The notes under the pieces are model-generated. The model saw only the letters and a list, made by a program, of their open reading frames with translations, did not search any database and had not been told where the DNA came from. From positions 960,001 through 1,024,000 of the forward strand of contig CAVWHX010000004.1 in the NCBI GenBank assembly GCA_963754925.1: a DNA stretch of 64,000 nt, in the 5' to 3' direction. Below are positions 10,774 through 20,362 of the stretch, piece by piece. The translations under genes were made by a program, and so were the position numbers. Every line of letters begins with the position of its first letter. The stretch's first letter is position 1. Source of the DNA: an uncultured delta proteobacterium (GTDB lineage Bacteria; Myxococcota; B64-G9).

Positions 10774-11544
10774 ATGGTTAAAGTAATCGCCATCGCCAAC
10801 CAGAAGGGTGGAGTGGGCAAGACCACCACGGCCATCAACCTGGCAGCCTTCCTGGCTGCGGCTGAAAAGAAGGTATTGCTTCTCGATATAGATCCGCAGG
10901 CCAATGCAACGACCGGCCTTGGACTCGGGGAGAAGCAACGTTTACGAGGTCTTTACCAAGTGCTCATGGGTGAGTGCGGGCTTCCGGAGGCAACCATCGC
11001 GACCGAACTGCCCTTTCTCAAAATGGTACCATCTGACAATAACCTGTTTGGCGCCGAGGTGGAATTGGTTGGTGTACCCGATCGCGAGAAACTTCTCAGA
11101 AATGCGCTGGTCGAGGCGCGCCACCAGTACGATCTCATTCTCATCGATTGCCCACCATCGTTAGGCTTGTTGACGATCAACGCACTTACTGCAGCCGATG
11201 CGGTCATTGTTCCTCTGCAGTGCGAGTACTATGCGCTGGAAGGGTTGACATCATTGCTCAACACCATCGAAATGATCAAGGGGTTTTTGAACCCGAACCT
11301 GGTCCTCCAAGGAATTGTACTGACAATGTTTGACCGTCGTAATGCTTTGGCCCACCGAGTGGCTGAAGAGGTCCGTGGTTATTTTAATGGTAAGGTCTTC
11401 AAAACAGTAATTCCTCGAAACGTTCGACTCTCTGAAGCACCTTCCTTTGGCAAACCAATTTTGCTTTACGATATTCGTTCAAGCGGCAGCGAAAGTTACC
11501 TTGCGCTCGCAAAAGAGGTGCTAGGATCTATTACAACTATTTGA
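10774..11544 (+). CDS. parA: Chromosome partitioning ATPase ParA/Soj
   Basis: NQKGGVGKTTT, DIDPQANAT, IDCPPSLG, IPRNVRLSEAPSFG. Confidence 0.97.
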   Translation: MVKVIAIANQKGGVGKTTTAINLAAFLAAAEKKVLLLDIDPQANATTGLGLGEKQRLRGLYQVLMGECGLPEATIATELPFLKMVPSDNNLFGAEVELVGVPDREKLLRNALVEARHQYDLILIDCPPSLGLLTINALTAADAVIVPLQCEYYALEGLTSLLNTIEMIKGFLNPNLVLQGIVLTMFDRRNALAHRVAEEVRGYFNGKVFKTVIPRNVRLSEAPSFGKPILLYDIRSSGSESYLALAKEVLGSITTI

Positions 11545-11558
11545 TTTATAAGGATATT

Positions 11559-12428
11559 ATGGAAATAAGCAAGCGACAGGCTCTCGGCAAAGGTTTACGG
11601 GCGTTGATCCCAGTGGGAGACGATAAACCCCAAGCGGTCGCACCAGGTTATATTCTCTGTTCGCCTGATGAATTGTTACCCAATGGTAAACAGCCTCGAC
11701 AGCGTTTTGATCCTGATAAATTAAGTGAATTGGTCGAGAGTATTAAATCCAAGGGTGTGATCCAACCGTTGATTGTCCGGAAGCATTCGAAGGGGTACCA
11801 AATTGTTGCCGGAGAACGACGTTTCCGAGCTGCAAAGTTGGCCGGTGTGACGGCGATCCCGGTCGTTGTAAAAGATCTCAGCGATGCTGAGATCCTCGAA
11901 GTAGCCCTGGTTGAAAACCTCCAGCGTGAAGATCTCAATCCCCTGGAAGAAGCCGAGGCATACCGACAGCTCATCGAGGAGCACGGACTCACGCAAGATG
12001 AACTGGCAACCCGCGTTGGCCGCCAGCGTAGCACCGTTGCTAACACACTGCGCCTGCTGAAACTGCCTGACGTGGTGCGTCGCTGGCTGCAGAACGGCGA
12101 ACTCAGCATGGGGCATGCCCGCGCCATCCTCGGGCTGCCGACGCCCGCAGAGCAACTGGCGCTGGCCAAGCAGGTGATCAAGGAACGATTGAGCGTGCGG
12201 GAATGTGAAGAGCTCGTGCGAGCCAAGCCTGATCAAAAAACCAACACAAAGAAAATTCCCCGTCAGAAGCGATACTCTACCGAACAGTTGGCATTGATTG
12301 AATCACTACAGCGCCGGCTGGGCACCAAGGTTGACCTGCACACAGGGCAGAAAGGTGGGAAATTGATCATCTATTATTTTTCACTTGACGAACTCGATCA
12401 CCTCCTTGCGGTGATCGGGGGGAGGTAG
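11559..12428 (+). CDS. parB: Chromosome partitioning CTPase ParB
   Basis: LGKGLRALI, QPRQRF, VAGERRFRA, ENLQREDLNPLEEA, HTH. Confidence 0.97.
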   Translation: MEISKRQALGKGLRALIPVGDDKPQAVAPGYILCSPDELLPNGKQPRQRFDPDKLSELVESIKSKGVIQPLIVRKHSKGYQIVAGERRFRAAKLAGVTAIPVVVKDLSDAEILEVALVENLQREDLNPLEEAEAYRQLIEEHGLTQDELATRVGRQRSTVANTLRLLKLPDVVRRWLQNGELSMGHARAILGLPTPAEQLALAKQVIKERLSVRECEELVRAKPDQKTNTKKIPRQKRYSTEQLALIESLQRRLGTKVDLHTGQKGGKLIIYYFSLDELDHLLAVIGGR

Positions 12429-12433
12429 CGCTT

Positions 12434-12949
12434 ATGGCGATTTTTAACAAACCCCTTAAGGCAATTACCGAATCATTATCTTCCCCTTTGAACCCAGCTC
12501 TGCCACCGAATCCGGAGCGGCAATGGGCTGCCACGAAAAAGGAGAACGCCGTGAGTCTTAAGACTGATGAGATCACCACAATTCTGGGAAAAGGATCGGA
12601 GTTTGAGGGCAAGTTGCATTTTGAAGGCACGTTGCGCATTGAGGGAGTGTTCTCAGGCGAAATCCGCTCTAATTCAATTTTGGTCGTTGGGGAGAGCGCG
12701 CGGATCACGGCTGAGATCGACGTGGCCACCATCATCATCAATGGCGAAGTAAAGGGCAACGTTCACGCTTCTCAATCAGTTGAGATTCGCAGCCCCGGTC
12801 GGATGATGGGAAACATAGAGACCCCCGCCTTAGTTATTGATAAGGGGGTTGTATTTGAGGGGCAATGTAAAATGGAGAATCTTGGCAAGAAGGTTACTTC
12901 GCCTGTATCACCAGTTGTAGAGGCATCGGCAAAGAAAGACAAAATCTAA
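12434..12949 (+). CDS. Bactofilin (BacM-like), with a possible second start at GTG 12551
   Basis: TILGKGSEFEGKLHFEGTLRIEG...GVVFEGQCKM beta-helix pattern; directly downstream of parB. Confidence 0.9.
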   Translation: MAIFNKPLKAITESLSSPLNPALPPNPERQWAATKKENAVSLKTDEITTILGKGSEFEGKLHFEGTLRIEGVFSGEIRSNSILVVGESARITAEIDVATIIINGEVKGNVHASQSVEIRSPGRMMGNIETPALVIDKGVVFEGQCKMENLGKKVTSPVSPVVEASAKKDKI

Positions 12950-13024
12950 CATCTCTCGATGATATCGAGATCAACACTGGTTACGTCCAAAATCGGGACA
13001 AGCCGCACGGGTGCCTTTATTAGC

Positions 13025-13525
13025 CTAGGCTGATGCGCTCTTCTTAGAACGAACCCATTCCATGAAGTGCTTGGCACAGAGGCCCTTTGCGCGCGCCGGC
13101 TTTCCGCAGTCCTTTACCGAGCAAATACCTTTACTGCGGGTGCGGGCCACGGCCTTCCGCGTCTTTTTACGTGTTGCTTTCTTGACCCGAACGCGTTTTG
13201 GCGCATTGGGATGCTTCTCGGCGTAGCGCTGCCGCTGATAGTGCTTCGAACAGAGTCCCTTTGCGCGCGCCGGTTTGTTGCAGCCACGTGCGGAGCACTT
13301 CGCACCCTTACGCTTACCAGAAGCTTTCGCAACAGCGGCTTTTCTTCTGCCCGCTCGGGGCGCTGCGGCTGGCGTGGATCCGCGCGAGATGCGCGAGACG
13401 ACCGCATCGAGCTTCTTCATCACACCGGAGGTGGCAATGCCTTCGGAGAGGCCACGGGCCACTTGATCTCCGAGCTGGCGCAGCATGGACTCGAGAACGA
13501 CTTGAATGCTGGCTTTCTTCACCAC
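13025..13525 (-). CDS. Basic histone-like protein with two C-x4-C...C-x2-H motifs (myxobacterial VegA-like)
   Basis: K/R/A-rich linkers; CSARGCNKPARAKGLCSKH and CSVKDCGKPARAKGLCAKH. Confidence 0.75.
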   Translation of the reverse strand: MVKKASIQVVLESMLRQLGDQVARGLSEGIATSGVMKKLDAVVSRISRGSTPAAAPRAGRRKAAVAKASGKRKGAKCSARGCNKPARAKGLCSKHYQRQRYAEKHPNAPKRVRVKKATRKKTRKAVARTRSKGICSVKDCGKPARAKGLCAKHFMEWVRSKKSASA

Positions 13526-13844
13526 AGGATCCTCCCTCGGTTATTACGACATTAGACAACACAGTACCCGGATCGATCCAACAATGTCAAACAATTGTTT
13601 TGATATGTATACGATCGCTTCATAGAATATGCATTATGGGCGTATACAACAATTATTGGAAGTACGATACGTTAATATTGGTGTTTATAAAAATAACGTC
13701 TAACAACCAGTTGAGCGACATTTATCATATATTAATTAAAAATAAAGATAAATCGTATTACCTCATACGGTAATTTGATAAAAAAAGTTCCCCGGGCACC
13801 CTTTTATTTTATATATTATTGCCTAAGATTAACAGACGGTTTCG

Positions 13845-14234
13845 TTAGCTTTGAAGTGCCGCCACGTGTAATTGGTGCAGCACATCGAAGATCTCGGTTT
13901 GTTTTCGTTTGAGTACATAACGACGGATGCGCTCACTATCCCACGATGAAATCCACGTAAACACGATACCAAATTCTTGAATTTCATTTTCTTCATCGGT
14001 ATGCACCACCCGTCCCTCGGCGCAAATAGGGGACTCATCGTCGGGCAAGGCGAACTCAACCTTGACTTCGTTGGCTGGCTCCGACGCACATAGTGATGGT
14101 TTGATATAGTGCAGCCCTTGGGGGCTAATATCGGTGGCGCGCGCGACAATGCTGGTACCCGTTTCATGCTCTTCGTTGATAAAAACGTTGATGTCAGCCC
14201 TGAGAACTTTCCGTCGTTCACTTACGGCTTCCAT
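13845..14234 (-). CDS. PilZ domain protein
   Basis: ERRKVLR (RxxxR) and DISPQG (DxSxxG), FGIVF; GGGAGG RBS. Confidence 0.85.
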   Translation of the reverse strand: MEAVSERRKVLRADINVFINEEHETGTSIVARATDISPQGLHYIKPSLCASEPANEVKVEFALPDDESPICAEGRVVHTDEENEIQEFGIVFTWISSWDSERIRRYVLKRKQTEIFDVLHQLHVAALQS

Positions 14235-14552
14235 CGAATGCTCCCTCCCGTGTAATGATAATCTGGACCTATACTATGTTGTTAGGTAACCCCAGTCAAG
14301 AAAACAACAAAACCCACTATAACTCGGTTCGAACAAAGTGTTACACCCCTATTTCACTGATAACCGCGGCGTCTTTTTTCCAAAAATCAATAATTATCTC
14401 TTGATGAATGTTGTTGATTCGACGATGGCGACGGGTATATCTTGCTGTCGATAGTATCCATGCAGGTTTTTGTACGACCGGTATGCATGGTTTCATTTTT
14501 TATAAAAGCGAGGCGTGGATTGAAGTTGGGAAGACAGGGTACGGTGAGACGC

Positions 14553-15026
14553 ATGAGCATTAACGTCTTGACGGTCTCACTGATGTGCTCGGTTGCATGT
14601 GCTTCGTTGCACTCGTCCGAGAATGACTTGAGTGTGATTGTTGAAGATTTCCATCACGATCTGCGTTGGAAGTATAATGATACCGCAGTTGCTCGTGTTG
14701 ATCCGCGGTACTCCTCAGATCTTCTTGACGAACTCGAGGCTGCAAAAGACTTGTTGTTTATTACGGGCTATGAAATACGGCACGTTGAACCCGATCCGTC
14801 TAGCCAGGTTGTAAAAGTAAAAGTGTTGTTCAGCTATTACCGCATGCCTTCAACGGTGGTGAAAGAAGAGATGGCGGTACAGTCATGGAAGAAAATAAAA
14901 GATAAGTGGTTTCTGATATCGCAAGAGGGTGGTCCATTTCCCATTCCACCCATTACTCACGACAAACCTCTTCAAAAGGATAAGCCTCCTGAAGAGGACG
15001 GTCACGATGGGCGCTCTACAGAATAG
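14553..15026 (+). CDS. Putative lipoprotein
   Basis: Hydrophobic N-terminus ending VAC; FHHDLRW motif; the start is taken at the internal ATG 14553. Confidence 0.65.
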   Translation: MSINVLTVSLMCSVACASLHSSENDLSVIVEDFHHDLRWKYNDTAVARVDPRYSSDLLDELEAAKDLLFITGYEIRHVEPDPSSQVVKVKVLFSYYRMPSTVVKEEMAVQSWKKIKDKWFLISQEGGPFPIPPITHDKPLQKDKPPEEDGHDGRSTE

Positions 15027-15774
15027 CGAGAGCCCACCGACTGATCACGTTGAGTCACCGCGTACCCTTTACGGTGACGATGAGATAGTCGTGGTTAGCA
15101 AGCCGGCGGGCATGCATGTATTTCCGTTACATGAGGGCGAACAGACCGTACTGACGTATGTCACGCAACAATGGCCAGAAACGAGTGAGATTGGTGACCC
15201 GCGATTTCCGGCCATTGCGCACCGTTTGGATCTCGGCACCTCTGGATTGTTGTTGGTAGCGCGGACTCAAGAAGCGTATCAAGCTTTGCGGAACATGTTT
15301 CGGCGTCGACTGGTGCATAAGACCTATCTGGCGCTCGTAGAGGGCACGATAGCGCAGCCGTGCTCGATTGACCTTCCCATCGGCGCCCGCTACCGACACT
15401 CGCGTAGGGTCATACTCGTTGCCAATCAACGGAGCCTCCGTACGGCGCGATCACTCCGGCCGGCAATGACTTCGATTCATCCACTCGGCAGCGCCCACGG
15501 CTTTTGTCTCTGTCGAGTGGAAATGACGACCGGCGTGCGGCATCAAATTCGCGCCCATCTCAGCCACCTTGGACATCCGATCGTCGGGGATACGCTCTAT
15601 GGCGCAACTCGGTCACTACCGGAAACCGCGGATCGCTTCTTGCTACACGCCTGGCGTCTCGATCTGGCACACCCGACGAGCCATCAGGCGCTTTCGGTTA
15701 CCTGTCCGCTGCCCGAAAAGTTTACCGCGGTCCTTGCCCGGTTGGGCATAGGGTTACCCCCCCCAGGGGGATAA
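15007..15774 (+). CDS. RluA-family pseudouridine synthase
   Basis: KPAG, HRLDLGTSGLLLVA, TGVRHQIRAHL, GHPIVGD.LYG, LHA. Confidence 0.95.
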   Translation: MGALQNSESPPTDHVESPRTLYGDDEIVVVSKPAGMHVFPLHEGEQTVLTYVTQQWPETSEIGDPRFPAIAHRLDLGTSGLLLVARTQEAYQALRNMFRRRLVHKTYLALVEGTIAQPCSIDLPIGARYRHSRRVILVANQRSLRTARSLRPAMTSIHPLGSAHGFCLCRVEMTTGVRHQIRAHLSHLGHPIVGDTLYGATRSLPETADRFLLHAWRLDLAHPTSHQALSVTCPLPEKFTAVLARLGIGLPPPGG

Positions 15775-15812
15775 GAGACTGTAACGCTCGCTTCGTTCGC
15801 TAACAGTCTCTA
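15757..15812 (-). repeat. Palindromic repeat family A, single unit
   Basis: Reverse complement reads TAGAGACTGTTAGCGAACGAAGCGAGCGTTACAGTCTCTTATCCCCCTGGGGGG; it contains the stop codons of both flanking convergent genes. Confidence 0.85.
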
Positions 15813-16646
15813 ACGATCGGATAGCTGCTTGACCACTTCGATCATGGCTGAGTCGGCCGAGCGATCGATCACCTCATGTTGCATCTGCTGACGTTGCGAT
15901 TCCATGAGGCTACTACCATCCATCCATGAATTCGCCTGGCCGCCCACGGTAAATTCGGGTTCCTTTTCGACCAAGGAGAAGCCGGCAATGCTCATCGCGG
16001 CGTAGAAGGTCGTGCGGCCGGAATCGCTTTCGGTCCGCAGCTCGGTCAATTCCGGTTTGAGCAAGAAACCGGTCAGTTTTCGTCGTGATAGGTGGGCAGC
16101 GAGATCTGGTGGACTGAGAACTTCGTATTCGCCGGCGCCCGGGACCAAGCCGCCGGTGCGGTTGATAAACTCCCTCAATCTGGTCGTCACCTGTTGTCCG
16201 TAGGATACAGCAACACCTTTCGGTAAAAGCGGACGCTCGATCTCCAAGAGGTAAAACGGAGGTTTCGGCCGCGCCTGATCGAGCATTATGAGCGCTTTTT
16301 CGGCGCTCCTGGCAATAAGTTGACTATTATGAGCAATCAAAAAGCCGAATTGCTGGCGTGATTCCTCGTCATGAAGCTTGGCAAGCGACACACACGCGGC
16401 GGCGCGAACCGAGTCATGCTCATCGTTTTTAGCGAGCATTTTTCTTAAGCTGGGAATACCACCCGCTGTTTTGTTGTTGCCGATCAGGATTACCGCCTCA
16501 AGCCGAACCTTGAAGTTCGGATCCGCCAGAGCCCGAACCCAGCGCGTCGCCAATGATGAGGAACGTTGTGCCAGGGCGTTGGAAACAACCAAAAGCGACA
16601 TGACAACGCCAAGCCACGTGAGGTACTTCACCGGATCACCTCTCAC
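15810..16646 (-). CDS. Secreted HEAT-repeat protein
   Basis: Signal peptide; DPNFKVRLEAVILIG and SVRAAACVSLAKL HEAT-like repeats. Confidence 0.75.
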   Translation of the reverse strand: MRGDPVKYLTWLGVVMSLLVVSNALAQRSSSLATRWVRALADPNFKVRLEAVILIGNNKTAGGIPSLRKMLAKNDEHDSVRAAACVSLAKLHDEESRQQFGFLIAHNSQLIARSAEKALIMLDQARPKPPFYLLEIERPLLPKGVAVSYGQQVTTRLREFINRTGGLVPGAGEYEVLSPPDLAAHLSRRKLTGFLLKPELTELRTESDSGRTTFYAAMSIAGFSLVEKEPEFTVGGQANSWMDGSSLMESQRQQMQHEVIDRSADSAMIEVVKQLSDR

Positions 16647-16737
16647 CTATCCCACAGGTTGGTTTACCAACAACGAGCGCCATTTGAAGCGCATTATACC
16701 CACCACTATCAGTATTATAACCATTCAGTCAAAATTG

Positions 16738-16837
16738 CGCGCCGGGTCCTGACGCCTCACATCCTTAGAGACTGTTAGCGAACGAAGTGAGCCTACAGTC
16801 TTTTATCCTGTGCGGCTTGGCTGCGTCACCCAGCGCG
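16738..16837. repeat. Repeat family B unit with a family A unit (16766-16808) nested inside
   Basis: Ends CGCGCCGGGTCCTGACGC...GCGTCACCCAGCGCG are shared with 29345-29435. Inner TAGAGACTGTTAGCGAACGAAGTGAGCCTACAGTCTTTTATCC is flanked by ATCCT on both sides. Confidence 0.8.
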
Positions 16838-16879
16838 TGTCAGTCCTTTAACTAATGACTGAATGGTTACGATAACCCG

Positions 16880-17557
16880 CTACTTACTGTTCTCGGGCGC
16901 CTCGATGACGGCGACTCCTTTTGGAATTTCGAATTTAAAAATTTCGTCTTTCAGGCCCACGTTGATCCTCGCTTTGGTGAAAAAAATCTGGTTGACATTG
17001 CCGCCGGGATCTTCGACCAGGGTTTCGTCGACCATGAAGCTTTCCGTATCGACGACAAAGATAAGCTTCGTAAAGTGCGCATCCTTTTTGGGTTGCAACT
17101 CCAGCGCAACCTGCTTCGGTCCTGCAAGGTCGGTTCGCTTCGAAAAGGCGATTTGAAATTCTTCAGTTAGATTGCCCTTACCCCAGAGGAAGGTTACAGC
17201 TGCGCTGAGATCGGAATCAGAGAAGGTGCGATCCACCATCACTTGCTCCAACTCCGGGTCATAGGCATACAGCGCGTGTCCGTCAGCCACAAAGTATTTT
17301 GGACGCGGTTCTTTATAATCCCAACGCATACGGCCGGGTTTTTTGATGTAAACATACCCGCTCGAAGTTTTGTCCTTGCCGAGCGTCTCGGCGTGATAAA
17401 CCTGCCGGAAGGCAGCCTGGAAGTCAGCAGTCTTATCGTAGAACTTCTGTATCTTGGCGGCGATCTCACGCGGGGCGAGCTGGCCGGCGACGGCCTGATG
17501 CACCAATAACGAGATGGTACCTATCAACAAGGCACCCAAAGAAGATCGTCGAATCAT
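16880..17557 (-). CDS. lolA: Outer-membrane lipoprotein carrier LolA
   Basis: Signal peptide; FQAAFRQ, KKPGRMRWDY..P, VADG...YDPELEQV. Confidence 0.9.
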   Translation of the reverse strand: MIRRSSLGALLIGTISLLVHQAVAGQLAPREIAAKIQKFYDKTADFQAAFRQVYHAETLGKDKTSSGYVYIKKPGRMRWDYKEPRPKYFVADGHALYAYDPELEQVMVDRTFSDSDLSAAVTFLWGKGNLTEEFQIAFSKRTDLAGPKQVALELQPKKDAHFTKLIFVVDTESFMVDETLVEDPGGNVNQIFFTKARINVGLKDEIFKFEIPKGVAVIEAPENSK

Positions 17558-17616
17558 ACCGTATAGCTCCTATCCAGAGAGTTTACTCGATTGGACGTGT
17601 TATTCCATATATTCCT

Positions 17617-18948
17617 TCAGACGGGCGGGCCGACGATCGTTCCTTCCAGATCGTAGGGGCCAACCCGGGTCACCCGCATGCACACGATGTCGCCAACCGT
17701 CGCCTGCCCGTGGAGAATTGTTTTTCCGTCGACTTCGGGGGCCTGGTTCCAGGCCCGCCCGCGGAAGCGATTCTTGCCCGTGCAGGCTTCGACGAGCACC
17801 TCGATCGTTTTTCCCCCGAGGCTGCGGTGGTACGCGTAGCTGATCTTCTGCTGAAGCGCCAGCAGCTGTCGTTGGCGGCGTCGTGCGAGTGCGGCTGGCA
17901 CCTGATTCGGAAACGTGCAAGCCGGGCTGCCTTCTTCCGGCGAGAAAGTAAAAACACCTATGCGCTCAAAACGGGATTCTTCGACAAACTGCACCAACTG
18001 CCGGAATGCCTCTTCACTCTCGCCGGGAAAGCCGGTCATCAGCGTGGTGCGGATCGCCACCCCGGGGAGTTCCGCTCGTATTCGTGCGATCAGCTGGCGT
18101 ATGTTCGTGGCGTTGCCACCCCGGCGCATGCGCCTCAGAACGCCGGCATCAATATGCTGCAACGGAATGTCCAGGTAGGGAATAATCACCGGTGAACGGG
18201 CCATTACCTTCAACAGTTGATGGAAGCTGCGTGTTGGGTACAGGTACAACAACCGCAGCCAGCGCAAGCCGGCAACGGCGGCAATGGCCTTCACGAGGTC
18301 GGGCAGGTGCGGTCGGTTATGCAAATCGCGCCCCCAGGCCGAGAGATCTTGGGCTACTAGGATGATCTCGGCAGCCCCGAGCTTAATGAGGTTTTCGGCA
18401 TCGCGTACCAGATCGATGAGGGGGCGGCTGCGTTGCGGCCCGCGAATATTCGGAATAACACAAAACGAGCAGCGCTGCGAGCACCCCTCGGCCACTTTGA
18501 GGTAGGCCGCCCCGGCCGAAAGTGAATTAACGCGGCCGGTTGTGGCGCGAGGTAAAAACGATGCGGCAGGCCGCGCCCGCAAACGCCGCTTCGGCTTCTT
18601 ACGGAGCAGCTTTGGCAGGTTTCCCACCTCGGCCGGGCCAATAAACAGATCGACTTCGGGCAACTCGGCCAGCAACTGTTGCCGATAGCGGCTGGTCAGG
18701 CAACCAGCCACCACCAGTTGCGCGCAGCGGCCTGAGCGTCGATGGCTGGCAAGCGCTACAATGGTCTGGAGCGACTCTTCCACGGCCGAGCGAATGAAGG
18801 CGCAGGTATTGACCACAATGACGTCGGCATCGGCCGGATCGTCCACCGCTCTGAGACCACGAGCGGCCATGCCTGCCCAGAGGATCTCGGAGTCAATGCG
18901 ATTTTTGGGGCAGCCGAGCCCGACCAGGTGAAAGGTCCGATCATCCAT
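17617..18948 (-). CDS. rimO: Ribosomal protein uS12 methylthiotransferase
   Basis: LGCPKNRIDSE, NTCAFI, EGCSQRCSFC, APEVDG, C-terminal TRAM domain. Confidence 0.95.
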   Translation of the reverse strand: MDDRTFHLVGLGCPKNRIDSEILWAGMAARGLRAVDDPADADVIVVNTCAFIRSAVEESLQTIVALASHRRSGRCAQLVVAGCLTSRYRQQLLAELPEVDLFIGPAEVGNLPKLLRKKPKRRLRARPAASFLPRATTGRVNSLSAGAAYLKVAEGCSQRCSFCVIPNIRGPQRSRPLIDLVRDAENLIKLGAAEIILVAQDLSAWGRDLHNRPHLPDLVKAIAAVAGLRWLRLLYLYPTRSFHQLLKVMARSPVIIPYLDIPLQHIDAGVLRRMRRGGNATNIRQLIARIRAELPGVAIRTTLMTGFPGESEEAFRQLVQFVEESRFERIGVFTFSPEEGSPACTFPNQVPAALARRRQRQLLALQQKISYAYHRSLGGKTIEVLVEACTGKNRFRGRAWNQAPEVDGKTILHGQATVGDIVCMRVTRVGPYDLEGTIVGPPV

Positions 18949-18962
18949 ACCAATTGTGATTC

Positions 18963-20309
18963 CTAGATTTCATAGCTATAAGCAGCCTTCGCAACTCTGG
19001 CGCCACTCAAGCCGGCTTGCGTCAACGCGCTTGCGAGGCCCACGCTGGCCTCGGGTTCGCCGTGATTTATCAACCATTGGTGTGGTTGGCCAGGAATGCA
19101 TTGAGCCCAATGCACTAAACCATCACGATCGGCGTGAGCCGAAAATCCGTTGAGGGTCGCAATACGGGCACGTACCGGAACCTCCTGGCCTTGAATCTTC
19201 ACCAGGCGCGCGCCATCAACGAGCCGCCGACCCAGCGTGCCGGTTCCTTGCCAACCGACAAAGAGCACGGTGGTGCTGGCCCGGTTGAGGAAGGTAATAA
19301 GATGCCGGACAATTCGCCCGCCGGTGCACATGCCGCTCCCGGCGATGATGACCATGGGTCCGTTGACCTGCCCGAGCGACGCCGATTCTTCCCAGGTGTT
19401 CACCTCCCGCAACCCGGGGAATGCCAAGGGCGACTCCCCGTGCTCGATAAGCCCCCAGGTCTCATCATCGTAACACTCTCGATGAGCTCGGTAGACCTGG
19501 GTGACCTGCCTGGCCATGGGAGAGTCGAGCAGCACCGGAATGCTCGGCAACCGATGCTGCATGATCAGACGATTGAAATAGAAAAGGAGTTCCTGGGTGC
19601 GGCCGATGGCAAAAGCCGGTATCAGCACTACTCCCTTGGTGTCGATGGCCTGTTCGATAATCTCTCGGAACTCCTCGATCGTCTCGGCTCGTCCCTTGTG
19701 CAGGCGATTGCCGTACGTCGATTCGATCACCACGGCGTCTGCCGGCACATCCCAAGTAAACGTCGGGTCGCGGATAATGGGGGTGTCGAGCGCGCCGATA
19801 TCGCCGGACATGACCAAGCGCTTGCCGGCATGCTCGATCAAAACGTGCGCCGACCCGAGTATATGCCCGGCGTCGAGTAACCGAACCTTCGCCTCGCCGA
19901 TGCGGAATTCCTCGCTGTACGGTTGTGGTACAAAGAGCGGAATAGTCTTTTGTATGGCGCTCTCATCGTATAGGGGATGTTCGGCGCGGGCGCTCAAACG
20001 CACCGTGTCGCGCCAAACGATCTGGGCGAGGGCAGCCGAAGCTGAGTGAGTGTGGATCGGACCTTTGAAGCCTGCCTCCGCGAGCATTGGCAATCTGCCC
20101 GTGTGGTCGAGGTGGCCGTGGGTGAGGATCACGGCACTGAGATCGGACGGCGAAAAATCAAAGGGGTCATGGTTGCGCTGCTCGTCCTGGTCGCCTCCTT
20201 GTATGAAGCCGCAGTCGATCAGTATCTTTTCCGCACCGCAACAAACGAGGCTGCAGGAACCGGTCACCATAGTGGTCGCGCCATGAAAACTGATTGACAT
20301 CTCGGACAC
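18963..20309 (-). CDS. MBL-fold beta-CASP RNA-processing hydrolase
   Basis: THGHLDHTG, AGHILGS, ESTYG, FAIGRTQE, SGMCTGGR, FSAHAD, HGE. Confidence 0.93.
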   Translation of the reverse strand: MSEMSISFHGATTMVTGSCSLVCCGAEKILIDCGFIQGGDQDEQRNHDPFDFSPSDLSAVILTHGHLDHTGRLPMLAEAGFKGPIHTHSASAALAQIVWRDTVRLSARAEHPLYDESAIQKTIPLFVPQPYSEEFRIGEAKVRLLDAGHILGSAHVLIEHAGKRLVMSGDIGALDTPIIRDPTFTWDVPADAVVIESTYGNRLHKGRAETIEEFREIIEQAIDTKGVVLIPAFAIGRTQELLFYFNRLIMQHRLPSIPVLLDSPMARQVTQVYRAHRECYDDETWGLIEHGESPLAFPGLREVNTWEESASLGQVNGPMVIIAGSGMCTGGRIVRHLITFLNRASTTVLFVGWQGTGTLGRRLVDGARLVKIQGQEVPVRARIATLNGFSAHADRDGLVHWAQCIPGQPHQWLINHGEPEASVGLASALTQAGLSGARVAKAAYSYEI

Positions 20310-20362
20310 CCTGCACCTCCCTGACGTCTTATTGCTCTGGGCGGCAATTTCCCCGGGGTTCC

